Shown: positions 9,455 to 20,400 of the stretch, piece after piece
How the letters are laid out: every line of letters begins with the position of its first letter
Numbering within the stretch: position 1 is the stretch's first letter
IMG/VR virus record: IMGVR_UViG_3300002307_000034
Coordinates: 32,001-96,000 of that record
Length of the DNA: 64,000 bases
Strand: one strand, 5' to 3'
Origin: a virus
Notes under the pieces: model-generated
Told to the model about the DNA's origin: nothing
What the model saw: the letters and a program-made list of their open reading frames with translations, nothing else
Databases searched by the model: none
Made by a program: the position numbers and the translations under genes

Positions 9455-11421
9455 GTCACCTGCAAATGATATTCAATATCCATTTGCTGTCCTGAATTTT
9501 TAATAATTGGTGTGGTAAATAAAGATCTACTTGTAAGCTGATATTCTGGTGGAAGAATAACAACTGTAGCTGAAACAGCTTTGGCTGGTGATCCTATTGT
9601 TGCTGTCCCCGTTGTGGCATTTGCAACCACAAATGTATTCTGTGTTGGAACAGAATAAATTGTAAATGTTCCACTATAGCCGGAAGGAGTTATACCAGAT
9701 ATAACCACCTGATTACCGATTGCAAAATTATGAGAACCAGAAGTTGTATATTTTACGTATCCAGAACTTGGTGATGATGGGGTGACTGTTGATATAGCCA
9801 ATGTTCCAGCATACGGATGTCCTGTCCAATAATCATTTGTTACAATCTTTAAAGAATCAAGATATATAACAGATGGTCCTGCTGACATAGTTATGCTTAT
9901 AGAATTTGTAGTTATTCCTGCTGATGGAAAATTTGATGGTAATGGAATTCTTGCTACATTTAATCCTACATTTGTAACAATTCCTGTTGCTGCACATACA
10001 AATGGAGATGAAGAGTTTGTATTGTCTGTAAGATTAACTGTTATTGCAGTATTATTTGCTGCTGATCCAGAATAATATAATAGTAATAAACTATCAGATG
10101 ATGAATGTCCTGTTGTATCCAAAGATATATTATTAATTGATAATGTATCATTAGAATTTAATGCAATATTAAATTGACCATATGTGCTTGGTTGTTGTAA
10201 AGTTGTAGAGTTTAATGACAATGTTCCACCGTATCCATATTGTGTTGATCCAGTTGAATTAGAAGATCCCATGGTTACTACTACTTGATAGTTACCATTA
10301 ATTTGATAAACTGTTCCTGCTCCAGATGGTGTCAATGTTGATCCAGATGCTGCAGTTGCTCCTGTTATATAAACGGAACTTCCTACATTAAGTCCCGATG
10401 CATCTCCAATATTTAAAGTTACATTTGAAGTTCCTGTTAACCATGTATACCCGGATTGTTGTGATAATGCTGAACCATTTATTGTTGTTTGTCCTAATAC
10501 TGATACTTGCGATCCGGTTGATGAACTTGACCATTTACTTAAAGAAGAATCTGTATTTGATTTTTCAGAAAAGCCCGTAAGGTTTCTTGTACTTGCATTA
10601 TTACTTTGTTTTAAATTAATTGGAATAATGCCAACTTCAGATATTCTTGCTGATAAAGCTGGATCTAGAGTAGCTTTTACAATTATTTCATTATTAAAAA
10701 TTGAATTTCCTAAATTATTAGTTAGCACTGTTAATAATGCTGTATTACTTGAAACTACAGTAGAAGATACATCTGTATTAGTTTTTAAATATTGAACTTG
10801 GTATCCATATGATTGTACTGCAGTTCCTCCGGAAACATACGATCCTGTAGCTGCATTTGTTATTGTAAATTGTGATGTAGAAGCGGAAGCAATAACTCCA
10901 GTTATATTATATGTTGCTGGATTTACTCCAGTAATGACTACTGTTTCTCCGACTGTAAATGAATTTGTTGCTGTATAGGTAATTGTTCCACCTGTTGCAG
11001 AAACATTTGTTATTGTAGCCTGCAATGGCTGAATTGATGTTATGTTATATGTTCCATTAAATACTGAATCTATACCAGTCACTTGTATTTTATATCCTGA
11101 TGTTAGCAAAGGTGATGATATTGATTTAAAGTTTAAATATGCAACATTGCTTGTTAATTGTTTATTAAGAATAGCAAATTTAGGACTCATTTTTGCATAT
11201 GACTTTAAAGTAATTGGCATTCTATCTATTTCATAATATAAAACTTTATCTGTTAATGCAGGTGATACTGGAACAGCACCTATGGTTAATCCACCCGCCC
11301 AGTCAATGCTTGACTTAGCCAGGTGTCTATTAATCATATAGAAACCATTTGTAGTAATTAAATTTTCTTGCTCGGCAATAATTTTACCGTTTGATTTTAT
11401 TATATATTTACCTTTTATCAT
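9451..11421 (-). CDS. minor tail protein with repeated small beta-barrel modules
   Basis: EQENLITTNG N-terminus; repeated V.I.G..P..YNG.F.I modules; Ser/Thr-rich. Confidence 0.7.
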   Translation of the reverse strand: MIKGKYIIKSNGKIIAEQENLITTNGFYMINRHLAKSSIDWAGGLTIGAVPVSPALTDKVLYYEIDRMPITLKSYAKMSPKFAILNKQLTSNVAYLNFKSISSPLLTSGYKIQVTGIDSVFNGTYNITSIQPLQATITNVSATGGTITYTATNSFTVGETVVITGVNPATYNITGVIASASTSQFTITNAATGSYVSGGTAVQSYGYQVQYLKTNTDVSSTVVSSNTALLTVLTNNLGNSIFNNEIIVKATLDPALSARISEVGIIPINLKQSNNASTRNLTGFSEKSNTDSSLSKWSSSSTGSQVSVLGQTTINGSALSQQSGYTWLTGTSNVTLNIGDASGLNVGSSVYITGATAASGSTLTPSGAGTVYQINGNYQVVVTMGSSNSTGSTQYGYGGTLSLNSTTLQQPSTYGQFNIALNSNDTLSINNISLDTTGHSSSDSLLLLYYSGSAANNTAITVNLTDNTNSSSPFVCAATGIVTNVGLNVARIPLPSNFPSAGITTNSISITMSAGPSVIYLDSLKIVTNDYWTGHPYAGTLAISTVTPSSPSSGYVKYTTSGSHNFAIGNQVVISGITPSGYSGTFTIYSVPTQNTFVVANATTGTATIGSPAKAVSATVVILPPEYQLTSRSLFTTPIIKNSGQQMDIEYHLQVT

Positions 11422-12302
11422 ACTGTTGCACTTATCCTAAAATTATAACTTACAGCTCCACCCACTGAATCAAACTTTACGCTTGTTGTATATACAGTAG
11501 ATGAAATTATTGTTGCAGATCCATTAATTATAACAGTTTCTGTTATAGGGACTGCAATAAAAGATGATGGATCTATATAAATATTTTCTGGAGTATCCAA
11601 AGCATAGGTTGGAGCAGGAATTGCTGAAGTAGGTTGTGGAACAGATTGCACATCAGTAGATATTGATGGAGCACTTTCTACAGATCCCGATCCGCCATTT
11701 GCTGGAGGTATAGTTATATCAAGTGTGGGGGCATCAATAATTGGAGAAGAGTTAACTGAGCTATAATCTATTACAGATCCCAAAGAGCTGGAAGAATATG
11801 TAGATGTTGAAACACTTGTATCAGTTCCAAGTGTTTGTAAAGAGCTTCCCCAGGCTCCAGGTCCGTAACCAACGTCCCAATATAATTTCCACCCAGTTTG
11901 AGGATAATATTGATAGTGTTGATTTGCACCAGCATCTGTTGGCATTGGTGGGATTAAAGATGTTCTCCATGCTGAAAAATCTGAAGCAGTTGGAACATAG
12001 CCATTTATTGCTCTAAAAGCAATTGCAAAAGCTTCTGTATTCCTAGGGTCTGTTGGATACAATGGTTGAATTGTTGTATTTGTAGGATTTGAAATTGGTT
12101 GAGTATAGCTTGATACATTTGAACTTGACGAAGTTGTTGAAGTTGTTGATGGTCCCGAAGCAGCTATGATCCCAGCAAGTGTTGTTGTATCAACTGTTGG
12201 TCCTGGATTAGTTGGTACATTTGCAGCAGGATCAATGTAAGTCCAAGTTGTTGCACTTGGACTAGGTTCATTACCTCCATCAATTAGCATTCTATCGTAC
12301 AT
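11418..12302 (-). CDS. putative minor tail protein (Ser/Thr/Pro-rich)
   Basis: position in tail operon, composition. Confidence 0.55.
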   Translation of the reverse strand: MYDRMLIDGGNEPSPSATTWTYIDPAANVPTNPGPTVDTTTLAGIIAASGPSTTSTTSSSSNVSSYTQPISNPTNTTIQPLYPTDPRNTEAFAIAFRAINGYVPTASDFSAWRTSLIPPMPTDAGANQHYQYYPQTGWKLYWDVGYGPGAWGSSLQTLGTDTSVSTSTYSSSSLGSVIDYSSVNSSPIIDAPTLDITIPPANGGSGSVESAPSISTDVQSVPQPTSAIPAPTYALDTPENIYIDPSSFIAVPITETVIINGSATIISSTVYTTSVKFDSVGGAVSYNFRISATV

Positions 12303-12330
12303 TAAATCACCACCTTCTATATTATATCAT

Positions 12331-15300
12331 TTATGCAAAAATCATTGGTTTTAATATCAATTGTGTTGTAAGACCATTGTTATATGATTGTGTAACTGAT
12401 TTTACAAAATAATATGTTGGACTTTGAGTTCCTATTCTTTTTAATGAATAAGTAAACTTACAAAAATCTCCGACTTGAATTAAAGGATTTCCAAATACTT
12501 GAATTGATATTTCTTTATGAAATCCAGTAAGCAAGCTTGCAGAATCAAGTAATATTCGATATGCATCATTTTCTCCTTGAACCCAGTCTGTTGTTAATTG
12601 AACAGATGTATTTGAATATTTTCTGTCAATTACTTTTTCGAGCACTATTTGATTAGTTAAAAATTGATAATTTGCTTGAATTTGCAAAGGAAATATTGTT
12701 AAGTTTCCTATGTTATCGCCTGGTGCCTTTAACCATAATATTTGATTATGATTATTTACAACAGCAAATCTTGATCTAAACGGGGTCATGGCAACTTTTG
12801 AATATGACCCATCCCATGAATCAACTCTACCCATAATAATGTTAGTTAAGTTATTATTAGCAGTTGCAGTGCCATAAAATACTTTTTGTAAAACTGCTGT
12901 ATTTGGCAAAACAGGAGATAATGAATGTTTAACATCATAAAATTTAAAACCACGAACTTGTGGTTTAGCTTGCCATAAATAATGATCAACTGAATTTTGT
13001 ATACCGTGAACAATATTATCCAAAAACTTTTCTGTATTAAAATGATATCTTGGAAGATATTTAAAATCAGCTTGATTATTTAATTCATCAACTACTGGAA
13101 ACTTAGATGCATATATTTCTGTTAATTTTGCAGAAGCAATTCCATTTTTAATACATGAAACAAATGCTCCAAAATTTGATGTGCCATTGGGGACTATGCT
13201 AGTTATAAAGCTATCTAATTGTATTTTAGATATTTCTCTGCCATCAACATATATATATAAATATGGACTTGACATATATACAGAAATTCTATGATTTACA
13301 CCATCAAATAAATCTAAAGACAGCACTTGGCTATATACTGCAGAATTTATTTTATTGTTAATTGCTTTTGAATATGTTGTTGCATTTCCATTTGGACTTC
13401 CGGTAAATAATTCTATTTTGGTATTAGCCTGTCCATATCTTGATACGGTAAGAAATTGTGCATTTGAAGTATCTCCAGCAACAACATTAAAAAATAATCC
13501 AAACTGAGTTTGATCAGCATGTCTATAACTTGAATTAAATGTTGCTGCAAAATAATTATAATTTTTTGAAAGTTCATTTGGAGATAATAATGTAGATTGT
13601 CCAACTATTGAATTTGACATTCTTGCAGTTCCATAAGTAAATGCTGTACCATCTCCAAGAGATCCAAATCCAACTGTAGTCGTTCCAGTCATTAATTTTG
13701 CTGAATTAAAATATGATGATGGATCAACTGTTCCTGATATGGCATTTGCTGTGTCCGCAGCACTATCATAAATATTATGATCTTTAATTGGAGTATTATA
13801 TTTTCCACGCATTACACCTACAGCTTTTCCTGTAGGGTAATATCTAATTTCTTCAAAAGTTTGACCTAAAGAATTTACATAATCTTTTATTTCTCTTATT
13901 GCATTATCTATATCTGATGGACCCGTAATTATTTTATTTATACTTAAATTAAAATTATTACTTGGAAAGAATCTATATTCCAAACCTTCATAAGATAATA
14001 TTTCAGATCCTATAAAAACATCACCCTTATTGTTTGCAATTGTTCTAGGTAAACTTAATATTATAGAAGGATCAAAATTAAAATAATTTTGATATGTAGT
14101 CATTGATTTTGAAATTTCTGTACAAGGAAGTGCATTTTCTACATCTTCTTGCCAAACAGTTTTAACAGTATCTCTTTTTTTGGATATTAATCCAATTTGA
14201 GAATTTAAATCTGAAACATAATCGCTATAATTTGTGTTGGGAATTCTATAATTTATTATTACTTTTCCAACTTTTGGTCCTATTGATTCTTGAAATGTAG
14301 AAGGAATTATATTAGCAGTATAAGAAATTCCATCTACTGTTTCTGCTTTATCTGTAACCGAAAAGTCTGCTGCAAAAGTGTTTGCATTAAATTTATTTAA
14401 AATTGATTTTAAACTTATAAATTTCATCATTCCATATTCATCAAAAAATGCAGAAATTTGATGTGCTACAAATAAACTTTGCAAAGCATCAAATAAAGTT
14501 ATTTGCTCATCAGTCCAAAAATAATGAATTTTTGCTTTTTGATCTAATGCGTTGACTAGGCTATCGTAATCGTAATCACTAAAACCAGATATGTTAAATA
14601 AATCAGTTATAATTTCTAAAAGCCCAGCATTTGTAGCAGAGTATTGTGGTGCTGCCATTGCCATCATTAAATATTTTGATTGATCAAAAGCACTTACAGT
14701 TACATTATCAATATCATTAATTTGCCAAACATCTGAATAAAATATTCCAGATGGTATGGAGCCAGCAAATGTACTCATGGGGGAAGTATAAAAACAGGAA
14801 AACTTTACGCCTTGTCTCATTAAATTATAAAATGTAGCTTCTTTAGCATCATTTTCAAATATAGTAAAAGGTTGATTATTATATGTAATTGGAATATTAC
14901 TTATGCTTAAATTTAAACTATTTGAACTGATATAACCTATTGGAAAAGATTGATCTCCTGTAGAAGATGATTCTTTTGTAATTGATTTAGACATTATTAG
15001 CGGAGATATATCTATTTCAAGTCTTGGAGAAACTTCAATAATACTAAATGATGTAGCAGAGGTGCTGCTTTGAGCATCAATATTTATATTATTAGAATTT
15101 GGTTCAATTGTATTAACTTGTATATGTAAACCTTTTATTGAAACAAATAAATCATTTCCCGCAAATGTTTGTATTTGTCCATTTTGATTTAATTGAGGTG
15201 GGACAGCCCATTTATTTTGAGACCATCCAGCACCATTATAATAAAGAACTGCAGTATCATCATTATTAAATTTAATATCAGAAGCAATAATTACATCTCC

Positions 15301-16725
15301 TGCATTTGTATTTAAAACAATATTAATTGTTTGTGCTGTAGAAAAAAAAGTATTTGCTTTAATTACAATTTTGTTTACTTTCATATAATTTTCATATTGT
15401 GCTTGAATACCAGTGTAGTTTATGCCCGGTTCAGAGACATAGAATTTAAATCTATCATATATAGAAGGTACATATTGTTTATACGGATATGTATTTTGTA
15501 TAATTATTTCTGGATTTTGTGTATAAAAAGAACAAGGTTTAGTAGCTTGATTCCATGAACCATAATTAATAAATCTGGATGGATCAGTAGAAGGCAATAA
15601 TGTATTTAATAATGTTTCTCCAGGTCTCCCCGCTTGAAATACAGATTCAGTTGGATAATAATTATTAAATAAGAAATCATATTCAGTAATTTCATATATC
15701 TCAAACTTGTCAGAATAAAAAGTATATCCTTGATAATCTGCATAAACATTTAAAGTTAACTTAATTTTATCAAAAGCTTGACTTGTAGAAGTTGGCCTTG
15801 TTCCAAACCATACCTCTACTTTCTGCCAAGAGGAAGGATCTACCATTGCAGTACCGGACGGAACATAATTTTCAGAATTATTATCATTATAAATTTTTAC
15901 AAAATAGGATCCATTTATTAATGTTGTATTGTTATAACAATCAATTTTTGGACTTACATATACTTTATTTGTAAAATTACTTGCTGGTGCATTATTATTA
16001 TTTGACCCAGCAATTATATTATCAGTAAATGTTATTATGCTTCCAGTACTTGATAAAGTTGTTATGTAAGTTGGATTATTATCATTTTCAATTTCTGAAC
16101 GATATATTTCATACCCGGAAGCATTTTTGCTTGTTGCAATATCTAAAATAACTTGGGAGCTTGATAAATTAGAAAATCCAATTTGATCTGTAAATGAAAT
16201 ATAATCTAAACCATAGGACTCTCCATCTGAGCCGATTGGTACAATTCTATAATACCAATTTGTAGTCCCGCCTGGTGAGCCTGGATGTAAACTTACTGGA
16301 GTACCAGAGTAATCTCCTATAGAAATAGGGGTCCCAAAAGTTTGTATGGTTTTAGATCTTAAATAAAAAACCATTTTGTAATATTTGCTTTGAGCTGAAG
16401 ATGAAACTGTTATGGGTACAGTTGTTATTTGATCTCCATTGCCAGATATATAAAATTGAGGACAGGAAGGATTTTGATCAACTTCTGTTATTTTTCCTAC
16501 TGTTGTGCTTATTGTTGCACCATTTAAAGAAGACCATTTTGTTGGATCTGATAAATCTAATGACGGATTATATTGATTTATTCTGTCATTTGTCCATGAT
16601 GATGCGGTAACGTAAGGCTGATAAAATGCATTATAATTCCATTCGGCATAAACATTAGGAATTAAGTTTATAGCTGATGAAGATGCAAAAGTTTGTTTAG
16701 CATTTGTATCGCTTACATTTAGCAT
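12331..16725 (-). CDS. large minor tail protein (hub/central tail tip)
   Basis: 1464 aa, two genes after tape measure; C-terminal GNPLIQVGD hub-like motif. Confidence 0.75.
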   Translation of the reverse strand: MLNVSDTNAKQTFASSSAINLIPNVYAEWNYNAFYQPYVTASSWTNDRINQYNPSLDLSDPTKWSSLNGATISTTVGKITEVDQNPSCPQFYISGNGDQITTVPITVSSSAQSKYYKMVFYLRSKTIQTFGTPISIGDYSGTPVSLHPGSPGGTTNWYYRIVPIGSDGESYGLDYISFTDQIGFSNLSSSQVILDIATSKNASGYEIYRSEIENDNNPTYITTLSSTGSIITFTDNIIAGSNNNNAPASNFTNKVYVSPKIDCYNNTTLINGSYFVKIYNDNNSENYVPSGTAMVDPSSWQKVEVWFGTRPTSTSQAFDKIKLTLNVYADYQGYTFYSDKFEIYEITEYDFLFNNYYPTESVFQAGRPGETLLNTLLPSTDPSRFINYGSWNQATKPCSFYTQNPEIIIQNTYPYKQYVPSIYDRFKFYVSEPGINYTGIQAQYENYMKVNKIVIKANTFFSTAQTINIVLNTNAGDVIIASDIKFNNDDTAVLYYNGAGWSQNKWAVPPQLNQNGQIQTFAGNDLFVSIKGLHIQVNTIEPNSNNINIDAQSSTSATSFSIIEVSPRLEIDISPLIMSKSITKESSSTGDQSFPIGYISSNSLNLSISNIPITYNNQPFTIFENDAKEATFYNLMRQGVKFSCFYTSPMSTFAGSIPSGIFYSDVWQINDIDNVTVSAFDQSKYLMMAMAAPQYSATNAGLLEIITDLFNISGFSDYDYDSLVNALDQKAKIHYFWTDEQITLFDALQSLFVAHQISAFFDEYGMMKFISLKSILNKFNANTFAADFSVTDKAETVDGISYTANIIPSTFQESIGPKVGKVIINYRIPNTNYSDYVSDLNSQIGLISKKRDTVKTVWQEDVENALPCTEISKSMTTYQNYFNFDPSIILSLPRTIANNKGDVFIGSEILSYEGLEYRFFPSNNFNLSINKIITGPSDIDNAIREIKDYVNSLGQTFEEIRYYPTGKAVGVMRGKYNTPIKDHNIYDSAADTANAISGTVDPSSYFNSAKLMTGTTTVGFGSLGDGTAFTYGTARMSNSIVGQSTLLSPNELSKNYNYFAATFNSSYRHADQTQFGLFFNVVAGDTSNAQFLTVSRYGQANTKIELFTGSPNGNATTYSKAINNKINSAVYSQVLSLDLFDGVNHRISVYMSSPYLYIYVDGREISKIQLDSFITSIVPNGTSNFGAFVSCIKNGIASAKLTEIYASKFPVVDELNNQADFKYLPRYHFNTEKFLDNIVHGIQNSVDHYLWQAKPQVRGFKFYDVKHSLSPVLPNTAVLQKVFYGTATANNNLTNIIMGRVDSWDGSYSKVAMTPFRSRFAVVNNHNQILWLKAPGDNIGNLTIFPLQIQANYQFLTNQIVLEKVIDRKYSNTSVQLTTDWVQGENDAYRILLDSASLLTGFHKEISIQVFGNPLIQVGDFCKFTYSLKRIGTQSPTYYFVKSVTQSYNNGLTTQLILKPMIFA

Positions 16726-17477
16726 TATATCTCCGTAAATTGCAAAGTTACATCAACATAATCTGTTAATGTAAATCTTTTTGTTATAGTATATTTAAAG
16801 TCTGTCATAAATGCTTGATATAATTCAGTTCCGCTTCTTGGGGTTACAGTTTTATATGTTCCCGATGCTGATGCTGATGATATATTAGAAACTACAAATC
16901 TTGTTGAATCAACGGCATTTACTATATAGCTGCCATTATACTCTGTTGGAAAAATACCTGCAATGTCTACAATTTGTCCAACAGATAATCCGTGTGAAGT
17001 TGTTGTAGTAAATGTAACAGATCCAGTTGAAGGTGAATTTAAAGATTGATTTGGCGTAACAGTAACAATTTGTATTGGATTTGTCAAAGTTCCTTTTTGA
17101 GAAGAATTAAAAGCTGTTCCTGATGCATTATCAGTTGAATTAATTAATCTTACATATATTGGTTGGAATACATATTTATCATAAAATGCTTTCATGAAAG
17201 CTGCTCCTTGACCGCCATCTGTTGTTGCTTTAAATCCACCTAGACTTACGCCATTTGTATATAAAGTATTACTTGCAGCTGGAATATATGACCATGAACA
17301 ATCAATAACATTTTTATTAGCAATGACAAATTTACGCATAGTTCCATTTGCCATTCTTTGTACCTGTTCAATACGAACGGGAGCAGATTGGATAGGACCT
17401 CTATTATCGTCTGTAAGTTTATACCAGGTATTATTATCTGCTGATACCCAAATTCCTGATGCTATTGACCAAGCCAT
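16725..17477 (-). CDS. minor tail protein (distal-tail position)
   Basis: immediately after tape measure; RMANGTMRKF motif. Confidence 0.7.
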   Translation of the reverse strand: MAWSIASGIWVSADNNTWYKLTDDNRGPIQSAPVRIEQVQRMANGTMRKFVIANKNVIDCSWSYIPAASNTLYTNGVSLGGFKATTDGGQGAAFMKAFYDKYVFQPIYVRLINSTDNASGTAFNSSQKGTLTNPIQIVTVTPNQSLNSPSTGSVTFTTTTSHGLSVGQIVDIAGIFPTEYNGSYIVNAVDSTRFVVSNISSASASGTYKTVTPRSGTELYQAFMTDFKYTITKRFTLTDYVDVTLQFTEI

Positions 17478-20400
17478 TATACATTTCTCCTTGTCATCTG
17501 CTTTTGAACAGATTGATTAATTTTAGTTATAACAAGATTTGCTACTTGATTAGCATCCGCCCCTTGTGGAGGATATACATTAATTGTGTTATCTCCAAAC
17601 CTTACATTGTTTGATGATACTGCATCTGATATTGCAGATGATCTTGCAGCAGATAATGCAGATTGTGGAACGGTAAATGATTTATTGTTTACAGCGTCTA
17701 AGAAAGATTTTCCATATTTACTTACAGAATCTGCTTGAATTACATATTCTCCATTTGAAAGATTTGCAGGGATAGAATCAGACTTTGAAGTTCCTGGACC
17801 CATTACATACCCACCGCTTGCTAATCCTAACTTCTTTACCAAATTTGAAATAAGTCCTCCAAAAAGACTATTTAATAACCCTAAAGGACCACTTGCAATT
17901 GACTTTATTATTCCTGCAACTGATGTTACTGAATTTGCTATATCTTTAATAACTTGACTTATTTTATCCCAAATTCCAGTAAACCAACCTGAAACTGGTT
18001 TAGATATTGCATTAAATATATTTGAAACAAATCCCCAAGTTTCGCTTGCCCATGTTTTTATATCTTTCCACATTTGAGAAAACCATGATGCTACGGGCTT
18101 TTCAATTTTATTCCAAATTTTATCAATGAATCCCCAGATATCGGATGCAAGCTGTTTTGTGTCTTTCCACATTGTAGAAAACCATTGTCCTACAGGTTTA
18201 GTAAGTTTATCCCAAATTTTTTGAATCCATCCCCAGGCGTCGCTTACATATTGTGCAATTTGTTGCCATAAACTCTTATGTTTTTCAAGCCAATCATTAT
18301 ATTCTTTTTCAAGTTGAATATTAATATCTGATTGTACTTTTGAAGCTCCCGCACCTTTACCGCTTTGTGCTGCAGATAATGCAGCTTGTGCTGCAGCAAG
18401 TGCAGCATCTTGTGTAGCTGTGCTAATCGTCTTGCCTGGTCCTGAAGTTTTTGCTTGAAGTTCATCAATTTTTGCCTGAAGTGCATCAATTTTATTTTGT
18501 GAAGATAAATCTGCTGCAACCTTTGCAGCTGCCATAGCATCTTTGGTTTTTTGAATTTGTTGATTTTGTTGCTGAACGGCAAGAGCTATAAGATCTCCGG
18601 ATCCTCTTGCTTTTACAGCTTCTGCTTCAAGATTCATTTGTGCTTGCTGAGCATCAATATTTCTTAATTGTGAATTGTATAAGTTATCACGAGCTGTTTT
18701 TTCTTTTTCTATTAATTTAATCTTGTCTTGATAATCTTTAATTGCTGTTTTATCTCCTGCTGTAGAAGTATCTCCCGCTGCTGCTTTTGCAGCATTTGCA
18801 TGTGCAGCATCTGCTGCTGCTTGTGCTGCATCTACCGCAGCTTGTGCTGATGCAGTATCAGATTTTATAGCATTTTGATATTGTGCAAATCCTGATGTTG
18901 CAGTTTTTACTCCCGCTGCTGTTCCAGCGCCAAGTATTGCGTTTTGAGACAAGAAAAACCCTGCAGAAGCCATCTGATTAATTGCAATAATATCTTGCAT
19001 TGCAACCTTATGAGCTTTTAATGTATTATTTAAACTTTGAAGTACTGGATCAGATTTGCCCACAGTATCATTCCATGATTTAAAAGCTCCATCTGAAGAC
19101 AGTGTTGCTTTTTGAACATTTGTTAATGCTGCAAATGCAGATTGAAAACCAGTAATATATTTTGGGTTAACAAGCTCTTCATATGTTGTGGGAGCTTTAG
19201 TTAATTGTGTTAATAATTGTCCTTGAGCTTGTGCTTGATAATTTTGTTGTCCTTTTCCTGCGAGGCCTGGGAATACTTTTCCAAGTCCAGCGGTGCCTAA
19301 TAAGAACGGATCTAACATTCTCAATACTCTACCCGCACCATTATTTGAATTTAAATTTTTACCAAATATATTTGCTTCACCGCCAAACAAAACGGACTTC
19401 ATTACATTTCCCCAAGAACCGCCTGCTTTTGCGCCTTCAGCTGTACCCAAAACTTGACCAGCATTTATTTGTCCGCCCAAAGAATTTCCAGCTTTAGATA
19501 TTACACCTGAATAAGTATCAGTTAATGCTTTTGTAGATGCAATTACTTTATGTTGAGATGCAGCAAGTTTATCATTTAATAATGATTCTGTTAATTTTGC
19601 TTGAGTAATTGTAATTGCATGTGTTGCAACTCCATCTGCTGCCATTTTATATGCATTAATATTATTTGATGCATTTGCATAACTTGTTGCTATTTCGCCG
19701 TTAGCTTGTTTTGCAGCGTTTGCAGCATTTGTCATTCCATTACTAAATATTTTAAGTCCAATTACTGCAGCTGCTGCAGGTGCAGCAAATGCAGCTGTTG
19801 CTGAAGTCATAGCTAGCATGCCGTATGTCATTGCTGCTGAAGTTGCAGTTCCTTTTGCTCCAGATAGATCTGCTCCCCCAACTGAATTTGGTATAGTTTG
19901 CATTGCAAGTGGAACACCCATCATCAATCCCATATTTAATGCCATAGGGTTTGCAGCAAATCCTTTAATTCTACCCATTAGTCCAGACATTTTGTTTGCT
20001 GAAGTTGTAACTGATCCTATACCTTTATCTGGAGACCACTGACTTCCTGGAGTACCCATATTTGGCATCCCAAGGAACGTTGAGCCCCCACCCATACCAG
20101 GAAGAGACATCTGTTGAAAACCAAGCATTGTTGATGCTGCAAGCTGTTGCCCAACTAGTTCTGCTTCTGGGAGCATTGAAGCAACACCAAGGACTTCTCC
20201 TTCAACTAATTGCTCTCCTTGTGCAAAAGCTCTTTTTGAAGGAGATCTCATCTGAGCAGCAGTTGCTATTCCTTCTTCCCAACCAGCTAATGTTGCATTT
20301 GTAATATTTAAACCTAATAGTTTAGATTGCTGTATGACTGCTGCCATTAATTGTGGAGTATTTGCTCCTTGAGATATAGCACTTTCATACATTTGTTGTA